Positions 17,568-26,940 of a stretch of 64,000 nt of DNA are shown piece by piece. The notes beneath the pieces are model-generated. The model searched no databases. It saw only the letters and a list, made by a program, of their open reading frames with translations, and had not been told where the DNA came from. The stretch is taken from the NCBI RefSeq assembly GCF_014859695.1, contig NZ_JACUTS010000005.1, forward strand, positions 4,274 through 68,273, in the 5' to 3' direction. The position numbers were made by a program, and so were the translations under genes. This DNA comes from Sulfurimonas sp. GTDB lineage: Bacteria; Campylobacterota; Campylobacteria; Campylobacterales; Sulfurimonadaceae. Position 1 is the first letter of the stretch. The number at the start of each line of letters is the position of its first letter.

Positions 17568-18515
17568 ATGGATTTTATAACTAGAAGAGAAGCTATTAAG
17601 CGGATGATGAGGGTGATAGCGGCTGTGGGTGCTGCGAACTTTTTTAGCTATAGCGACTTGCTTGCTATGGAAAACGGAAAAATGATAAAGCCAAATATAA
17701 TTTGGCTGCATGGCTCCTCATGTTCGGGCTGTTCTTGCTCTTTTTTAAACATTGAAGATGTCTCCGTGCTTGATATTCTCACTAGATATACAAATGTAAT
17801 CTATCATCCTGATGTCTCATTGGCAACAGGAAAGCAGGTTGTTGACTTGTTGGATAAAGCTTCAAAAGAGTTAAAAGATAACTACCTTTTTGTAGTGGAA
17901 GGTTCCATTCCCGTGGCAATGCCTCATGCCTGTATGATGGGCGATAGACCTATTATGGAGTGGATGGAGCAGATGAGCAACAGTGCTTCTGCATGTGTTG
18001 CGGCTGGAACATGTGCTGCATTTGGAGGTATTACGGGAATGCAGGGCATGGATGCGGGTGTAATGTCTGTTGGCAAATTTAACAAACATAAAAACATAAA
18101 CAAACCTGTAGTATCTCTGCCAAATTGCCCCATGAAGCCTGAACACTTAATTTATGTCATTTTTCATTATGCAAAATTCAGAACCATTCCTGAGCTTGAT
18201 GCAGAGGGAAGACCGCTTAGATTTTTCTCTCAAACCGTTCATGAGAGGTGTATATACTACTCTGAGTTTCAAGAGAAAAACTATGCAAAAAAAATCGGTC
18301 AAGCAGGCTGTCTGCTTAAGCTCGGTTGTCAAGGACCCGTTACGAAAAATGATTGTATGACGATTGGACACAATAACAACACAAATACATGTATAAAAGC
18401 GGGTCATCCATGTATAGGGTGTGCAAGCGAGCATTTTCCAAGGCAGATTATGCTTCATACTTTCAAGGACGAAAGAGCCATTGAAAAGTTTAAACATTTT
18501 AAGTTTAGGGGATAA
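17568..18515 (+). CDS. [NiFe]-hydrogenase small subunit with Tat-like N-terminal leader, no membrane anchor
   Basis: Leader is MDFITRREAIKRMM..AANFF..LLA. Fe-S ligand motifs: WLHGSSCSGCSCS, GTCAAFGG, LPNCP, HERCIYY, CLLKLGCQGPVTKNDC and HPCIGCASEHF. Confidence 0.9.
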   Translation: MDFITRREAIKRMMRVIAAVGAANFFSYSDLLAMENGKMIKPNIIWLHGSSCSGCSCSFLNIEDVSVLDILTRYTNVIYHPDVSLATGKQVVDLLDKASKELKDNYLFVVEGSIPVAMPHACMMGDRPIMEWMEQMSNSASACVAAGTCAAFGGITGMQGMDAGVMSVGKFNKHKNINKPVVSLPNCPMKPEHLIYVIFHYAKFRTIPELDAEGRPLRFFSQTVHERCIYYSEFQEKNYAKKIGQAGCLLKLGCQGPVTKNDCMTIGHNNNTNTCIKAGHPCIGCASEHFPRQIMLHTFKDERAIEKFKHFKFRG

Positions 18516-18518
18516 ATC

Positions 18519-20318
18519 ATGCAAAGGAGAAACTTTTTTGAAACCATCTTGTTTAAACTCTCTTTCCCTCTAGTTTTTAGTGTTGTAGCTATCTCTATAA
18601 TCTCTATAACACTCAACTACCATCTTCAAAAGCAAAAACTTGAGGAGATGATAGAGGATAAAGGGTCTGCTATTTTACATAACTATATTGTCTCCTCAAG
18701 AGACTCTCTTGCACGAGGTCAGCGCAAGACATTTCAATCCGCCATGGACAATATAGCACTTCTAGAGGGTGTGGAGGATACTGTTTTATATGCATCTTCA
18801 GGACTTATGAACTATAAGTCAAAAGAGGTGACGGTCGGAAAACCGTTTGTTCATAAAGAGGGTAGCTTTTACAATCCAAACAAAGAGATTTATGAACAAA
18901 CAAATGGGATGTATCTGCGAACAGACTGGAGTGATAAACCGCTTGAAGAGTCGGCGGGGTTTCATGGAAGCACTTTAATGGATAAAGAGAAGAAATGCAG
19001 CAGTTGCCACTTTGAAATTGACAGAGATTTGGAGTTTATCGACAACAGAGCCTATAAAATTGATGAAGCAGGCGATACATCTACCTTTTATGAAAAGATT
19101 ATTGCTGAGAAAGGGTGTATCGCATGCCATACAAACTGGAAAGAGGGCGGTGTTTCCGGTTATCTCGGAGTAAGTATCTCAAACAAAAAGATGAGCGATC
19201 AAGTGAAAGACAACATGTGGAACTTTACGCTCACGCTTGTTACGCTTGCATTTATAATAATCGTTATTGCTCTTATCGTCTCTTTAAAGTTTAAAAGAAA
19301 GCTGCAGCTTTTACTAGAGGGAATTAAAAATCTCAATGAAAAAAAGGGTTCACGCATAGAGATTAAAGAGAATGATGAGATTAAAGATATCGCCGGGGAG
19401 TTTAATCGCTATATAAAAAACATGGAAGATGGAGTAGTTCAAGATAATAAACTTATTGCCAATCTCTCCGATGTTGCCTCTGAGACAGCCAAAGGAGACA
19501 TGACAAAAAGAGTTGCAGTAGAAGCAAACAGTGAGTCTCTCAATAGGCTCAAAGAGATTGTCAACTCTATGCTTGATGCCATGAATACAAATATCCAAAA
19601 AGTGCTTGAAGTGCTTAAGAGCTATGAAAATGATAACTTTAAAGCGACAATAGAAGTAGCCGGTACTACAGGAAGAGTCAAAGAACTTTTTGAGAGCACA
19701 AATAGTCTTGGAAGAGCGCTCTCAAACGCAAGCAGACAGGAGTTTGAGGATGGAAACAATCTTGAAGAGCAGTCTCTTAAACTCTCTGAAAACATGACAT
19801 TGCTAACAGCTTCAGCGCAGGATCAGGCACAAAAACTCAAAGATACTTCAGAAATAATGGAGTCTATTACAGTGGCAATAAATGAGATTGTTCATAGAAC
19901 CAATGACGTAGTAAGCCAATCTGAGGATATAAAATCAGCAATAAGTATTATTCGAGATATTGCAGACCAGACCAATCTTTTGGCACTTAACGCAGCCATA
20001 GAGGCAGCGCGGGCAGGAGAGCATGGACGCGGCTTTGCCGTAGTTGCAGGCGAGGTAACAAATCTTGCTGAAAAAACACAAAAAAGTCTTAATGAGATTA
20101 CCGCAACAGTGGGTATCATGACAGGTTCTATCAATGAGGTAAGTTCTACAATGCAGGAGCAGTCCCAAGCAGTCTCAAGTATTAATGATACAATTAGCGC
20201 TCTTGAAGAGACAACACAAAAAAATGCAGATAATGCAAAAGAGGTAAGCGAGATAGTAACGCAAACCAAAGAGATGGCGGAACGCTTTGTTTACAATGCT
20301 AAATCTAAAGAGTTTTAG
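18519..20318 (+). CDS. methyl-accepting chemotaxis protein with a periplasmic sensor domain carrying two CXXCH heme-c motifs
   Basis: TM1 ~aa 13-33, ~200-aa periplasmic region with CSSCH (aa 160-164) and CIACH (aa 200-204), TM2 ~aa 234-257, a HAMP-like linker, and the conserved signalling hairpin [27 protein letters not shown]. Confidence 0.9.
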   Translation: MQRRNFFETILFKLSFPLVFSVVAISIISITLNYHLQKQKLEEMIEDKGSAILHNYIVSSRDSLARGQRKTFQSAMDNIALLEGVEDTVLYASSGLMNYKSKEVTVGKPFVHKEGSFYNPNKEIYEQTNGMYLRTDWSDKPLEESAGFHGSTLMDKEKKCSSCHFEIDRDLEFIDNRAYKIDEAGDTSTFYEKIIAEKGCIACHTNWKEGGVSGYLGVSISNKKMSDQVKDNMWNFTLTLVTLAFIIIVIALIVSLKFKRKLQLLLEGIKNLNEKKGSRIEIKENDEIKDIAGEFNRYIKNMEDGVVQDNKLIANLSDVASETAKGDMTKRVAVEANSESLNRLKEIVNSMLDAMNTNIQKVLEVLKSYENDNFKATIEVAGTTGRVKELFESTNSLGRALSNASRQEFEDGNNLEEQSLKLSENMTLLTASAQDQAQKLKDTSEIMESITVAINEIVHRTNDVVSQSEDIKSAISIIRDIADQTNLLALNAAIEAARAGEHGRGFAVVAGEVTNLAEKTQKSLNEITATVGIMTGSINEVSSTMQEQSQAVSSINDTISALEETTQKNADNAKEVSEIVTQTKEMAERFVYNAKSKEF

Positions 20319-20432
20319 AATTGTAAAAGGCAAGATATAGAATATTTGGGATTTGTGGTTAAAAAAGTTCTATAAGAGTAAAACTATTGAAATATAATTT
20401 TATGATTAAACAATACTTAAAGCTTGTAAGAG

Positions 20433-20438
20433 TATAAT
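20433..20438 (+). promoter_or_regulatory. candidate -10 box (TATAAT) for rplU-rpmA
   Basis: Exact TATAAT ~90 nt upstream of the rplU ATG, in an AT-rich intergenic region. Confidence 0.35.
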
Positions 20439-20526
20439 TCCGAACTTTTTGTAGAAACAAAACCAATGGGAATGTAGATTATGCATCCATAGGGACCCAA
20501 GTATTTAAAGATTTAAGGAATTGTAC

Positions 20527-20835
20527 ATGTACGCAATTATCAAAAACGGTGGCAAGCAGTATAAAGTTCAAGAGGGCGATATTTTATTATTTGATAAAAT
20601 GTCTCTTGAGCCTAAAGCTTCTATCGAGATTAAAGAAGTTCTGGCTGTTAACACAGGCGAACTTAAAGTTGGAGCGCCTTTTGTTGAGGGTGCTGTTGTA
20701 ACTGCTGAGGTTATTAATGAAGGGCGTGATAGAAAAGTTGTTACTTTTAAAAAGCGTCGTCGTAAAGACTCTAAAGTAAAAAGAGGCTTTAGAAGAGATT
20801 ATACGCGTGTTCGTATTATAAAAATAGCGGCATAA
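20527..20835 (+). CDS. rplU: 50S ribosomal protein L21
   Basis: [18 protein letters not shown] is the canonical L21 N-terminus. I prefer ATG 20527 over the track's upstream TTG 20521. Confidence 0.95.
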   Translation: MYAIIKNGGKQYKVQEGDILLFDKMSLEPKASIEIKEVLAVNTGELKVGAPFVEGAVVTAEVINEGRDRKVVTFKKRRRKDSKVKRGFRRDYTRVRIIKIAA

Positions 20836-20861
20836 GCTAAAAAAACTCAAGGAGATTTAAG

Positions 20862-21119
20862 ATGGCACATAAGAAAGGTCAAGGTAGTACACAGAATAAT
20901 CGTGACTCGGCTGGTAGAAGACTTGGTGTAAAGAAGTATGGTGGAGAGGCTGTAATAGCTGGAAACATTATCATTCGCCAAAGAGGAACTAAAGTTCACC
21001 CTGGTAAAAATGTAGGCATGGGCAAAGACCATACTATATATGCATTGGTTGACGGTGTTGTATCATTCCATAGAAAAGATAAAAAACGTCAACAAGTTTC
21101 AATCATCCCCGCTGCATAA
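20862..21119 (+). CDS. rpmA: 50S ribosomal protein L27
   Basis: [24 protein letters not shown]...RQRGTK.HPG signature. Confidence 0.95.
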   Translation: MAHKKGQGSTQNNRDSAGRRLGVKKYGGEAVIAGNIIIRQRGTKVHPGKNVGMGKDHTIYALVDGVVSFHRKDKKRQQVSIIPAA

Positions 21120-21125
21120 TTCTAC

Positions 21126-21151
21126 AATATTTGAGCCTTGGCTCAAATATT
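21126..21151 (+). terminator. rho-independent terminator-like hairpin after rpmA
   Basis: aatatttgagcc-tt-ggctcaaatatt forms a perfect 12-bp inverted repeat starting 7 nt after the rpmA stop. Confidence 0.5.
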
Positions 21152-21259
21152 TCTACTTCAAATATTGGGCCATGCGCCTAAAAAACTTTAAATATTTAAC
21201 AGTTTACTTTTTATTGTTACTAGTAAATTTTTAAGTATTAAACATCAAGGAAAATAAAT

Positions 21260-22366
21260 ATGTTTACAGATAGTGTTGAACTAACGGTCTCTTCGGGAAA
21301 AGGCGGTCAAGGGTGTGTATCATTTCGTCGTGAAAAATTTGTCGTAAATGGCGGACCAAACGGTGGCGATGGCGGCAAAGGCGGAGATATTTGGTTTAAG
21401 TGTGATAATAATACGCACACACTCTCTCATTTCCAAAAGAAGATGCATATAAAAGCAGACAACGGCGCTCCGGGTGAAAGCTCAAATATGGCTGGAAAAT
21501 CTGGCGTAAAAAGAGTTATTATCGTTCCACCGGGTACGCAGATAATCGACATGGATAGCGATGAAGTTGTTTTTGATATGTTGGAAGATGCTCAAGAGGA
21601 GCTTTTTATAACAGGCGGAAGAGGCGGACTTGGAAATACACACTTTAAGTCATCTACAAACCAAAGACCTACCTATGCGCAACCCGGAGAAAAGGGTGAG
21701 ACAAGAAAAATCAAGCTTGATCTTAAACTTATAGCCGATGTCGGTTTGGTCGGCTTTCCAAATGTCGGTAAATCCACTCTTATCTCAACAGTCTCAAATG
21801 CTCGTCCTGAGATCGCAAACTATGAGTTTACAACACTCACACCTAAGCTCGGTCAGGTAAATATAGGTGATTTTGAATCATTTATTATGGCTGATATTCC
21901 CGGTATTATAGGCGGCGCACACGAAGGCAAAGGTCTTGGAATAGAGTTCTTAAGACATATAGAAAGAACTGAGATTCTTCTCTTCATGGTGGATTTGGCA
22001 TCTTATAGAGACTTAAGAGAGCAGATAGAGACGCTTAAGGCAGAAGTAGCAGCATTTTCAGACAAATTAGCGCATAGTAAATATGCTATTGCCCTAACTA
22101 GAGCTGACGCGGTGCCTTCGGATGAGTTGGAAGAGTTAGTTAAGGGCTTTTTAGAGATGCTCGGACTTGAAGCTACTAAAGATAGTGATATCGGTTTTGA
22201 TGAGACAGTGCCTTATTATATTCAAAAAACAGCAGATGAGACTCTGGGCTACAACAGAGAACTGCCATATTTTGTGGTGCCAATCTCTTCGGCTACAAAT
22301 AAAAATATAGAGCCTCTTAAAAAGGCACTCTTTAAATTAGTTCAATCAAAAAGATTAGAGTCCTGA
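21260..22366 (+). CDS. obg: GTPase Obg/CgtA
   Basis: Gly-rich Obg fold (GGNGGDGGKGGDI), G1 GFPNVGKST, and DIPG. Confidence 0.95.
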   Translation: MFTDSVELTVSSGKGGQGCVSFRREKFVVNGGPNGGDGGKGGDIWFKCDNNTHTLSHFQKKMHIKADNGAPGESSNMAGKSGVKRVIIVPPGTQIIDMDSDEVVFDMLEDAQEELFITGGRGGLGNTHFKSSTNQRPTYAQPGEKGETRKIKLDLKLIADVGLVGFPNVGKSTLISTVSNARPEIANYEFTTLTPKLGQVNIGDFESFIMADIPGIIGGAHEGKGLGIEFLRHIERTEILLFMVDLASYRDLREQIETLKAEVAAFSDKLAHSKYAIALTRADAVPSDELEELVKGFLEMLGLEATKDSDIGFDETVPYYIQKTADETLGYNRELPYFVVPISSATNKNIEPLKKALFKLVQSKRLES

Positions 22367-22369
22367 AAA

Positions 22370-23134
22370 ATGAGAAGAGTAGTCGTAAAAGTAGGAAGTG
22401 CCGTTTTAACACAAAATGACTCTATTGCTTTAGAGAGAATGAGGGATCTGGTAGATTTTTTATGCGAGCTTAGAAAAACAAATGAGGTGATTTTAGTCTC
22501 TTCAGGAGCCGTAGCAGCAGGTTATACTACTTTAAAGCTTGACAGAGGCGTACTGCAAAACAAGCAGGCGTTAGCTGCAATCGGGCAGCCGATACTTATG
22601 AGCAAATATAGTAAGAAATTTGGAGCGCATAATGTGTTGAGCGCACAGGTTTTAGTCACCGCTGCAAACCTTCAAAGAGAAGATGAGATACAAAGAATCA
22701 AAGATACCGTCAACACACTTCTCTCAAACGGTGCTATTCCGATTATCAATGAAAATGATGCAACTTCCACAAAAGAGCTTGTTGTTGGAGACAATGACCA
22801 ACTCTCGGCTTACATAACAAAACATACCGATTCGGATCTGCTTATAATTCTCTCGGATATTGATGCATACTATGACAAAGACCCAAGAGAATTTTTAGAT
22901 GCAAAAATATTGAAAGTGGTAAATAGCATAGATGAGGATGAGCTAAAAAAAGAGGCGACTCCTCACGGCGCTTTTGCTACAGGCGGAATTTTGACGAAAC
23001 TAAAAGCGGCAAACTATCTTTTGGGACATGGAATAGACATGGTTCTTACAAGTGGATATGATTTGAGCGACATAAAAAGTCTTATGCTTCAAAACAGACA
23101 TGTAGGCGGAACACTTTTTACTAAGGCTAGGTAA
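22370..23134 (+). CDS. proB: glutamate 5-kinase (short form without PUA domain)
   Basis: RVVVKVGSAVLT N-terminus, amino-acid kinase fold, NENDA and GDND motifs. Confidence 0.9.
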   Translation: MRRVVVKVGSAVLTQNDSIALERMRDLVDFLCELRKTNEVILVSSGAVAAGYTTLKLDRGVLQNKQALAAIGQPILMSKYSKKFGAHNVLSAQVLVTAANLQREDEIQRIKDTVNTLLSNGAIPIINENDATSTKELVVGDNDQLSAYITKHTDSDLLIILSDIDAYYDKDPREFLDAKILKVVNSIDEDELKKEATPHGAFATGGILTKLKAANYLLGHGIDMVLTSGYDLSDIKSLMLQNRHVGGTLFTKAR

Positions 23135-24042
23135 TGAAAATAATTTTTATGGGAACACCTGATTATGCTGCGCAGATTTTAGAAAAAATTATAACCGCAA
23201 AAGATATGGAAGTCGTTGCCGTCTATACCCAGCCAGACAAACCCGTAGGACGAAAAAAAGTCCTGACCCCGCCAGTTGTTAAGACTATAGCACTGCAAAA
23301 CAACATTAGCGTATATCAGCCAAATAGATTAAGAGATGAGAGCGCGATTAAACAGCTTAGAGAAATTGAGTGTGACTATATTGTCGTTGCAGCGTACGGT
23401 CAGATACTTTCGCGTGAGATACTAGAACACGCACCTTGTATAAATCTTCATGCTTCGATATTGCCGCAATATAGAGGAGCAAGCCCAATACAGCAAACTC
23501 TTTTAAACGGAGATAGCAAAACAGGCGTAACTGCCATGCTTATGGATAAGGGGCTTGATACCGGAGATATTATTAAAATCAAAGAGATTGATGTTGGCGA
23601 AGATGAGATGGCTGAGTCGCTCTTTGATAGACTTACGGACGCCGCATGTGAGCTTACTATTGACGTGCTAGAGAACTTTAATAAATACACACCACTAAAA
23701 CAGGATGACGCGCAGTCATCACACTGCATAAAAATCACAAAACAAGATGGTGAAGTCACGTTTGAAGATGCACAGACTCTCTTTAACAAGTATCGTGCAT
23801 TTACGCCTTGGCCGGGTATCTACCTCTCCTCTGGACTCAAGCTTAAGAAGGTAGAGTTGGTTGAAAAAGAGAGTTCGCATGAGAGCGGAAAAATCCTGAA
23901 AATAGAAAAAGAGTCTATCGTACTCGGATGTAAAAAGGGCAGCATTAGAGTCTATAGAGTGCAGCCTGAATCAAAAAATGAGATGGATATTCTCTCTTAT
24001 ATAAACGGAAAAAGGGTAGGGGTTGCAGATACTCTATCTTGA
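23134..24042 (+). CDS. fmt: methionyl-tRNA formyltransferase
   Basis: MKIIFMGTPDYA, HASILPQYRGASPIQ and the C-terminal OB-like domain. Confidence 0.95.
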   Translation: MKIIFMGTPDYAAQILEKIITAKDMEVVAVYTQPDKPVGRKKVLTPPVVKTIALQNNISVYQPNRLRDESAIKQLREIECDYIVVAAYGQILSREILEHAPCINLHASILPQYRGASPIQQTLLNGDSKTGVTAMLMDKGLDTGDIIKIKEIDVGEDEMAESLFDRLTDAACELTIDVLENFNKYTPLKQDDAQSSHCIKITKQDGEVTFEDAQTLFNKYRAFTPWPGIYLSSGLKLKKVELVEKESSHESGKILKIEKESIVLGCKKGSIRVYRVQPESKNEMDILSYINGKRVGVADTLS

Positions 24043-24658
24043 GAGTGTTGACTCAACGCAAAAACATCTCAAAGAGCTGATCCATGAGGGCAAAATTTCT
24101 CTCCCTTATGCCGTAGTCGCAAACTCTCAAACAGCAGGAGTCGGAAGCAGAGAAAACTCTTGGATTGGAGTTAAGGATAATCTCTTTTTATCTTTTGCCA
24201 TTTCACTGGGGCAACTGCCAAAAGATTTGAAACTTGAATCCGCGTCTATATATTTTTCTTATATTTTAAAAGAGACACTTAAAGAGTTTGGTTCAGAAGT
24301 TTGGCTCAAGTGGCCCAATGATTTTTATCTAAAAAATCAAAAAGTCGGCGGAATGATTACAAATCTGCTCAAAGAGAGCTTGGTTTGCGGTGTCGGGTTA
24401 AATATAGCAAAAGCACCGGATAATTTTACAAAGCTAGATGTGGATTTAAACAGAGATGAGCTTATAAAAAGCTATTTTATAAATATTGAAAAAAAGAGTT
24501 CATGGAAGCAAGTTTTTAGTAAATATAAGTTAGAATTTTACAGAAATCAAAACTTTCATACACATAGTAAAAATTTAAGAATTTCTTTAGAAGGTGCGTC
24601 ACTGCAGAGTGATGGGGCAGTTGTAGTCAACGGCGAGAGGATATATAGTCTAAGATGA
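24023..24658 (+). CDS. birA: biotin--[acetyl-CoA-carboxylase] ligase (group I, no HTH domain)
   Basis: LESVDSTQ, TAGVGSRENSW (GRGRxxRxW-like) and KWPND motifs. The predicted start overlaps the fmt 3' end, so the exact start is uncertain. Confidence 0.8.
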   Translation: MQILYLESVDSTQKHLKELIHEGKISLPYAVVANSQTAGVGSRENSWIGVKDNLFLSFAISLGQLPKDLKLESASIYFSYILKETLKEFGSEVWLKWPNDFYLKNQKVGGMITNLLKESLVCGVGLNIAKAPDNFTKLDVDLNRDELIKSYFINIEKKSSWKQVFSKYKLEFYRNQNFHTHSKNLRISLEGASLQSDGAVVVNGERIYSLR

Positions 24659-25440
24659 GTGAAGTAATAGTAATTGCAAATCAAAAGGGCGGTGTTGGCA
24701 AAACAACTACTGCCGTAAACTTAGCTGCCTCACTTGCAGTTGCAGAAAAAAAAGTGCTTTTGATTGACTCAGACCCTCAGGCGAACGCTACCACCTCTTT
24801 GGGATTTCACAGAAACGATTATGAATTCAACTTATATCATGTACTTATCGGAACAAAAAAACTAAAAGATATTATACTAAAATCAGAACTTCCGACTCTT
24901 CATTTGGCACCCTCAAATATCGGGCTTGTCGGAATAGAGAAAGAGTATTATGATGCGCAAAATTCCAAGGGGCGTGAGCTTGTTTTAAAAAAAGCGATAG
25001 CAAATGTCTTAAAAGATTATGACTATATTATCATAGACTCTCCTCCGGCACTTGGACCGATGACCATAAATGCGCTCTCGGCTTCAAGCTCCGTAATCAT
25101 CCCTATTCAGTGTGAGTTTTTTGCACTTGAGGGTTTAGCGCAGCTTTTAAATACTGTGAAACTTGTAAGAAAATCAATAAATCAAAAACTAAGTATTAAA
25201 GGTTTTTTACCTACGATGTTCAGCGCGCAAAACAACCTCTCAAAGCAGGTTTTTGCAGATTTAAAGCAGCATTTTGACAGCAAGCTTTTTAAAGATGAGA
25301 GTGGAGAGATTATAGTGGTTCCGCGAAATGTAAAACTTGCAGAATCGCCATCGTTCGGTAAACCTGCAATACTCTATGATGTAAAATCAGCAGGTTCTAT
25401 TGCATACCAAAATTTAGCACAAGCGATTATGCAGATATGA
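24655..25440 (+). CDS. parA: chromosome partitioning ATPase ParA/Soj
   Basis: Deviant Walker A (NQKGGVGKTTT) and DSPP Walker B region. Overlaps the birA stop and the parB start. Confidence 0.95.
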   Translation: MSEVIVIANQKGGVGKTTTAVNLAASLAVAEKKVLLIDSDPQANATTSLGFHRNDYEFNLYHVLIGTKKLKDIILKSELPTLHLAPSNIGLVGIEKEYYDAQNSKGRELVLKKAIANVLKDYDYIIIDSPPALGPMTINALSASSSVIIPIQCEFFALEGLAQLLNTVKLVRKSINQKLSIKGFLPTMFSAQNNLSKQVFADLKQHFDSKLFKDESGEIIVVPRNVKLAESPSFGKPAILYDVKSAGSIAYQNLAQAIMQI

Positions 25441-26288
25441 AGTCACAAAAATTAGGCAGAGGGCTAGGGGCACTTTTAGGCGAGATAGATGAGGCTTATG
25501 AAAACGAGGTTTCTCAAAAAGATTCGATTGTAGAGATTCCTCTAAAAGATATAAGACCAAATCCGTTTCAACCGAGAAAACATTTTGAAGAGAGTTCTCT
25601 TTATGAGCTTAGCGAATCTATAAAAAATGACGGACTACTACAGCCGATAGTTGTTACAGAAGATGTTGACGGGTATGTTTTAATAGCTGGAGAGAGAAGG
25701 CTTCGTGCATCAAAACTGGCAAAGTTAAAAACAATTCGTGCGATTATTTTAAATAGTGATGAACAGAAGATGAGACAATTTGCACTCATAGAAAATATCC
25801 AAAGAGACGAGCTAAACTCTATCGAACTTGCGCATGCATACGGCGAGCTTATCAAGCTTCATGAAATTACACAAGAAGAGCTCTCTACTAAAATCCACAA
25901 AAGCAGAACACATATTACAAATACTATAAGACTTTTACAGCTTTCACAAAAAACACAAAGAGCACTTATAGAGAAGAAGATAAGCACGGGTCATGCAAAG
26001 GTTTTGGTTGGACTTGATGAGAAGCAGCAGCAGCTGATTGTAAACTCAATAATCGGGCAAAAATTGAGCGTAAGAGAAGTCGAAGTAACTATAAAAAGCA
26101 TGAAAAACCAAAAAACTGACAGTTCTGAGAAAGCAACGACCCCTTCATATAACTTTAAAGAGATCAAAGAGAAACTTTTAGAGCTTGGTTTTAAAAGCAA
26201 AAGTTCAAACAAAAGCCTCACAATAGATTTTGACTCTAAAGAGCAGATAGAGGAGTTTTCGAACTTTCTTATTAATGTTACGCACTAA
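25437..26288 (+). CDS. parB: chromosome partitioning protein ParB/Spo0J
   Basis: LGRGLGALL N-terminus, ParB box GERRLRA and a central HTH. Confidence 0.95.
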   Translation: MKSQKLGRGLGALLGEIDEAYENEVSQKDSIVEIPLKDIRPNPFQPRKHFEESSLYELSESIKNDGLLQPIVVTEDVDGYVLIAGERRLRASKLAKLKTIRAIILNSDEQKMRQFALIENIQRDELNSIELAHAYGELIKLHEITQEELSTKIHKSRTHITNTIRLLQLSQKTQRALIEKKISTGHAKVLVGLDEKQQQLIVNSIIGQKLSVREVEVTIKSMKNQKTDSSEKATTPSYNFKEIKEKLLELGFKSKSSNKSLTIDFDSKEQIEEFSNFLINVTH

Positions 26289-26480
26289 AACGAACACGTC
26301 CGTTATAGTGGCAGGGACTAAAGTCCCTACAACCCCCTAAAGCTATAAAAAACTTTGTTTTTCAAGAATTACAAAGAGTTCCGCCAATTCAAGTCGTCAT
26401 AAATTTAAAATATTTTATAAAAAATATAAAAAAAGTTTAAATTTTTTATTACTTTAACAATTCTTTTAATTTTAACATAG

Positions 26481-26486
26481 TATAAT
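26481..26486 (+). promoter_or_regulatory. candidate -10 box for the atp operon
   Basis: Exact TATAAT 22 nt upstream of the atpF' ATG and 12 nt upstream of its AGGAGG Shine-Dalgarno (26499-26504), at the end of a 220-nt AT-rich spacer. Confidence 0.45.
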
Positions 26487-26508
26487 CACGCAACTTTTAG
26501 GAGGTGCT

Positions 26509-26931
26509 ATGTTAGATATAAATCCGATACTACTCGTAGCTACATTAATCGTGTTTCTTACGCTTATAGCCGTACTAAACAGTTGGCTTTACAATCCATT
26601 ATTCGCTTATATGAGTAAAAGAGATGAAGACATCAAAAAAGATCTTGAAAAGATAGGTTCAAACGATGAGGAAATCAAAGAACTTGAAGCAAAAGCGCAA
26701 TCTATAATTGTAAATGCAAAACTGGAAGCCGCGGCCTTAAGAGAGAAGGTTATTACGGATGCTAAAGAGTTAGCAGAGAGTAAGTTAGAAGCAAAACGTG
26801 CTGAACTAGCTAGTCAGTACTTAGAGTTTGAGCAGTTACTCGCTAAAACTCGCGAACAGTTAAGCAGTGATTTAAAATCACAGATTCCGCTGTTCAAAGA
26901 AGCTGTAAAAGCTAAATTTAGTCAAATATAA
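26509..26931 (+). CDS. atpF': F0F1 ATP synthase subunit b'
   Basis: Single N-terminal TM helix plus a long charged coiled coil. It is the first of two b-type genes preceding atpH, as in Campylobacterota. Confidence 0.8.
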   Translation: MLDINPILLVATLIVFLTLIAVLNSWLYNPLFAYMSKRDEDIKKDLEKIGSNDEEIKELEAKAQSIIVNAKLEAAALREKVITDAKELAESKLEAKRAELASQYLEFEQLLAKTREQLSSDLKSQIPLFKEAVKAKFSQI

Positions 26932-26940
26932 GGATGTAAT

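Noticed and set aside
18519-18548. The MCP N-terminus MQRRNFFE resembles a twin-arginine (RRxFF) motif.
   Set aside because: The following hydrophobic stretch is a full-length TM helix of a classical two-TM chemoreceptor. Heme-c domains are matured after Sec-type translocation. The arginines are better explained by the positive-inside rule.
20439-20526. Possible structured ribosomal-protein leader upstream of rplU (gga(a)tg ... catcc stem).
   Set aside because: There is only a 5-bp interrupted stem, and I see no resemblance to known L21 leaders. This is probably just a 5' UTR.
21040-21234. 64-aa ORF overlapping the rpmA 3' end and the terminator hairpin.
   Set aside because: It overlaps rpmA out of frame, runs through a perfect 12-bp terminator palindrome, and has no RBS or recognisable motif.
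24804-24817. parS-like sequence (atttcacagaaacg) inside parA.
   Set aside because: It matches the tGTTTCACGTGAAACa consensus only in the TTTCAC and AAAC blocks, with a 1-nt shorter centre. It is not palindromic. I found no convincing parS in the window.
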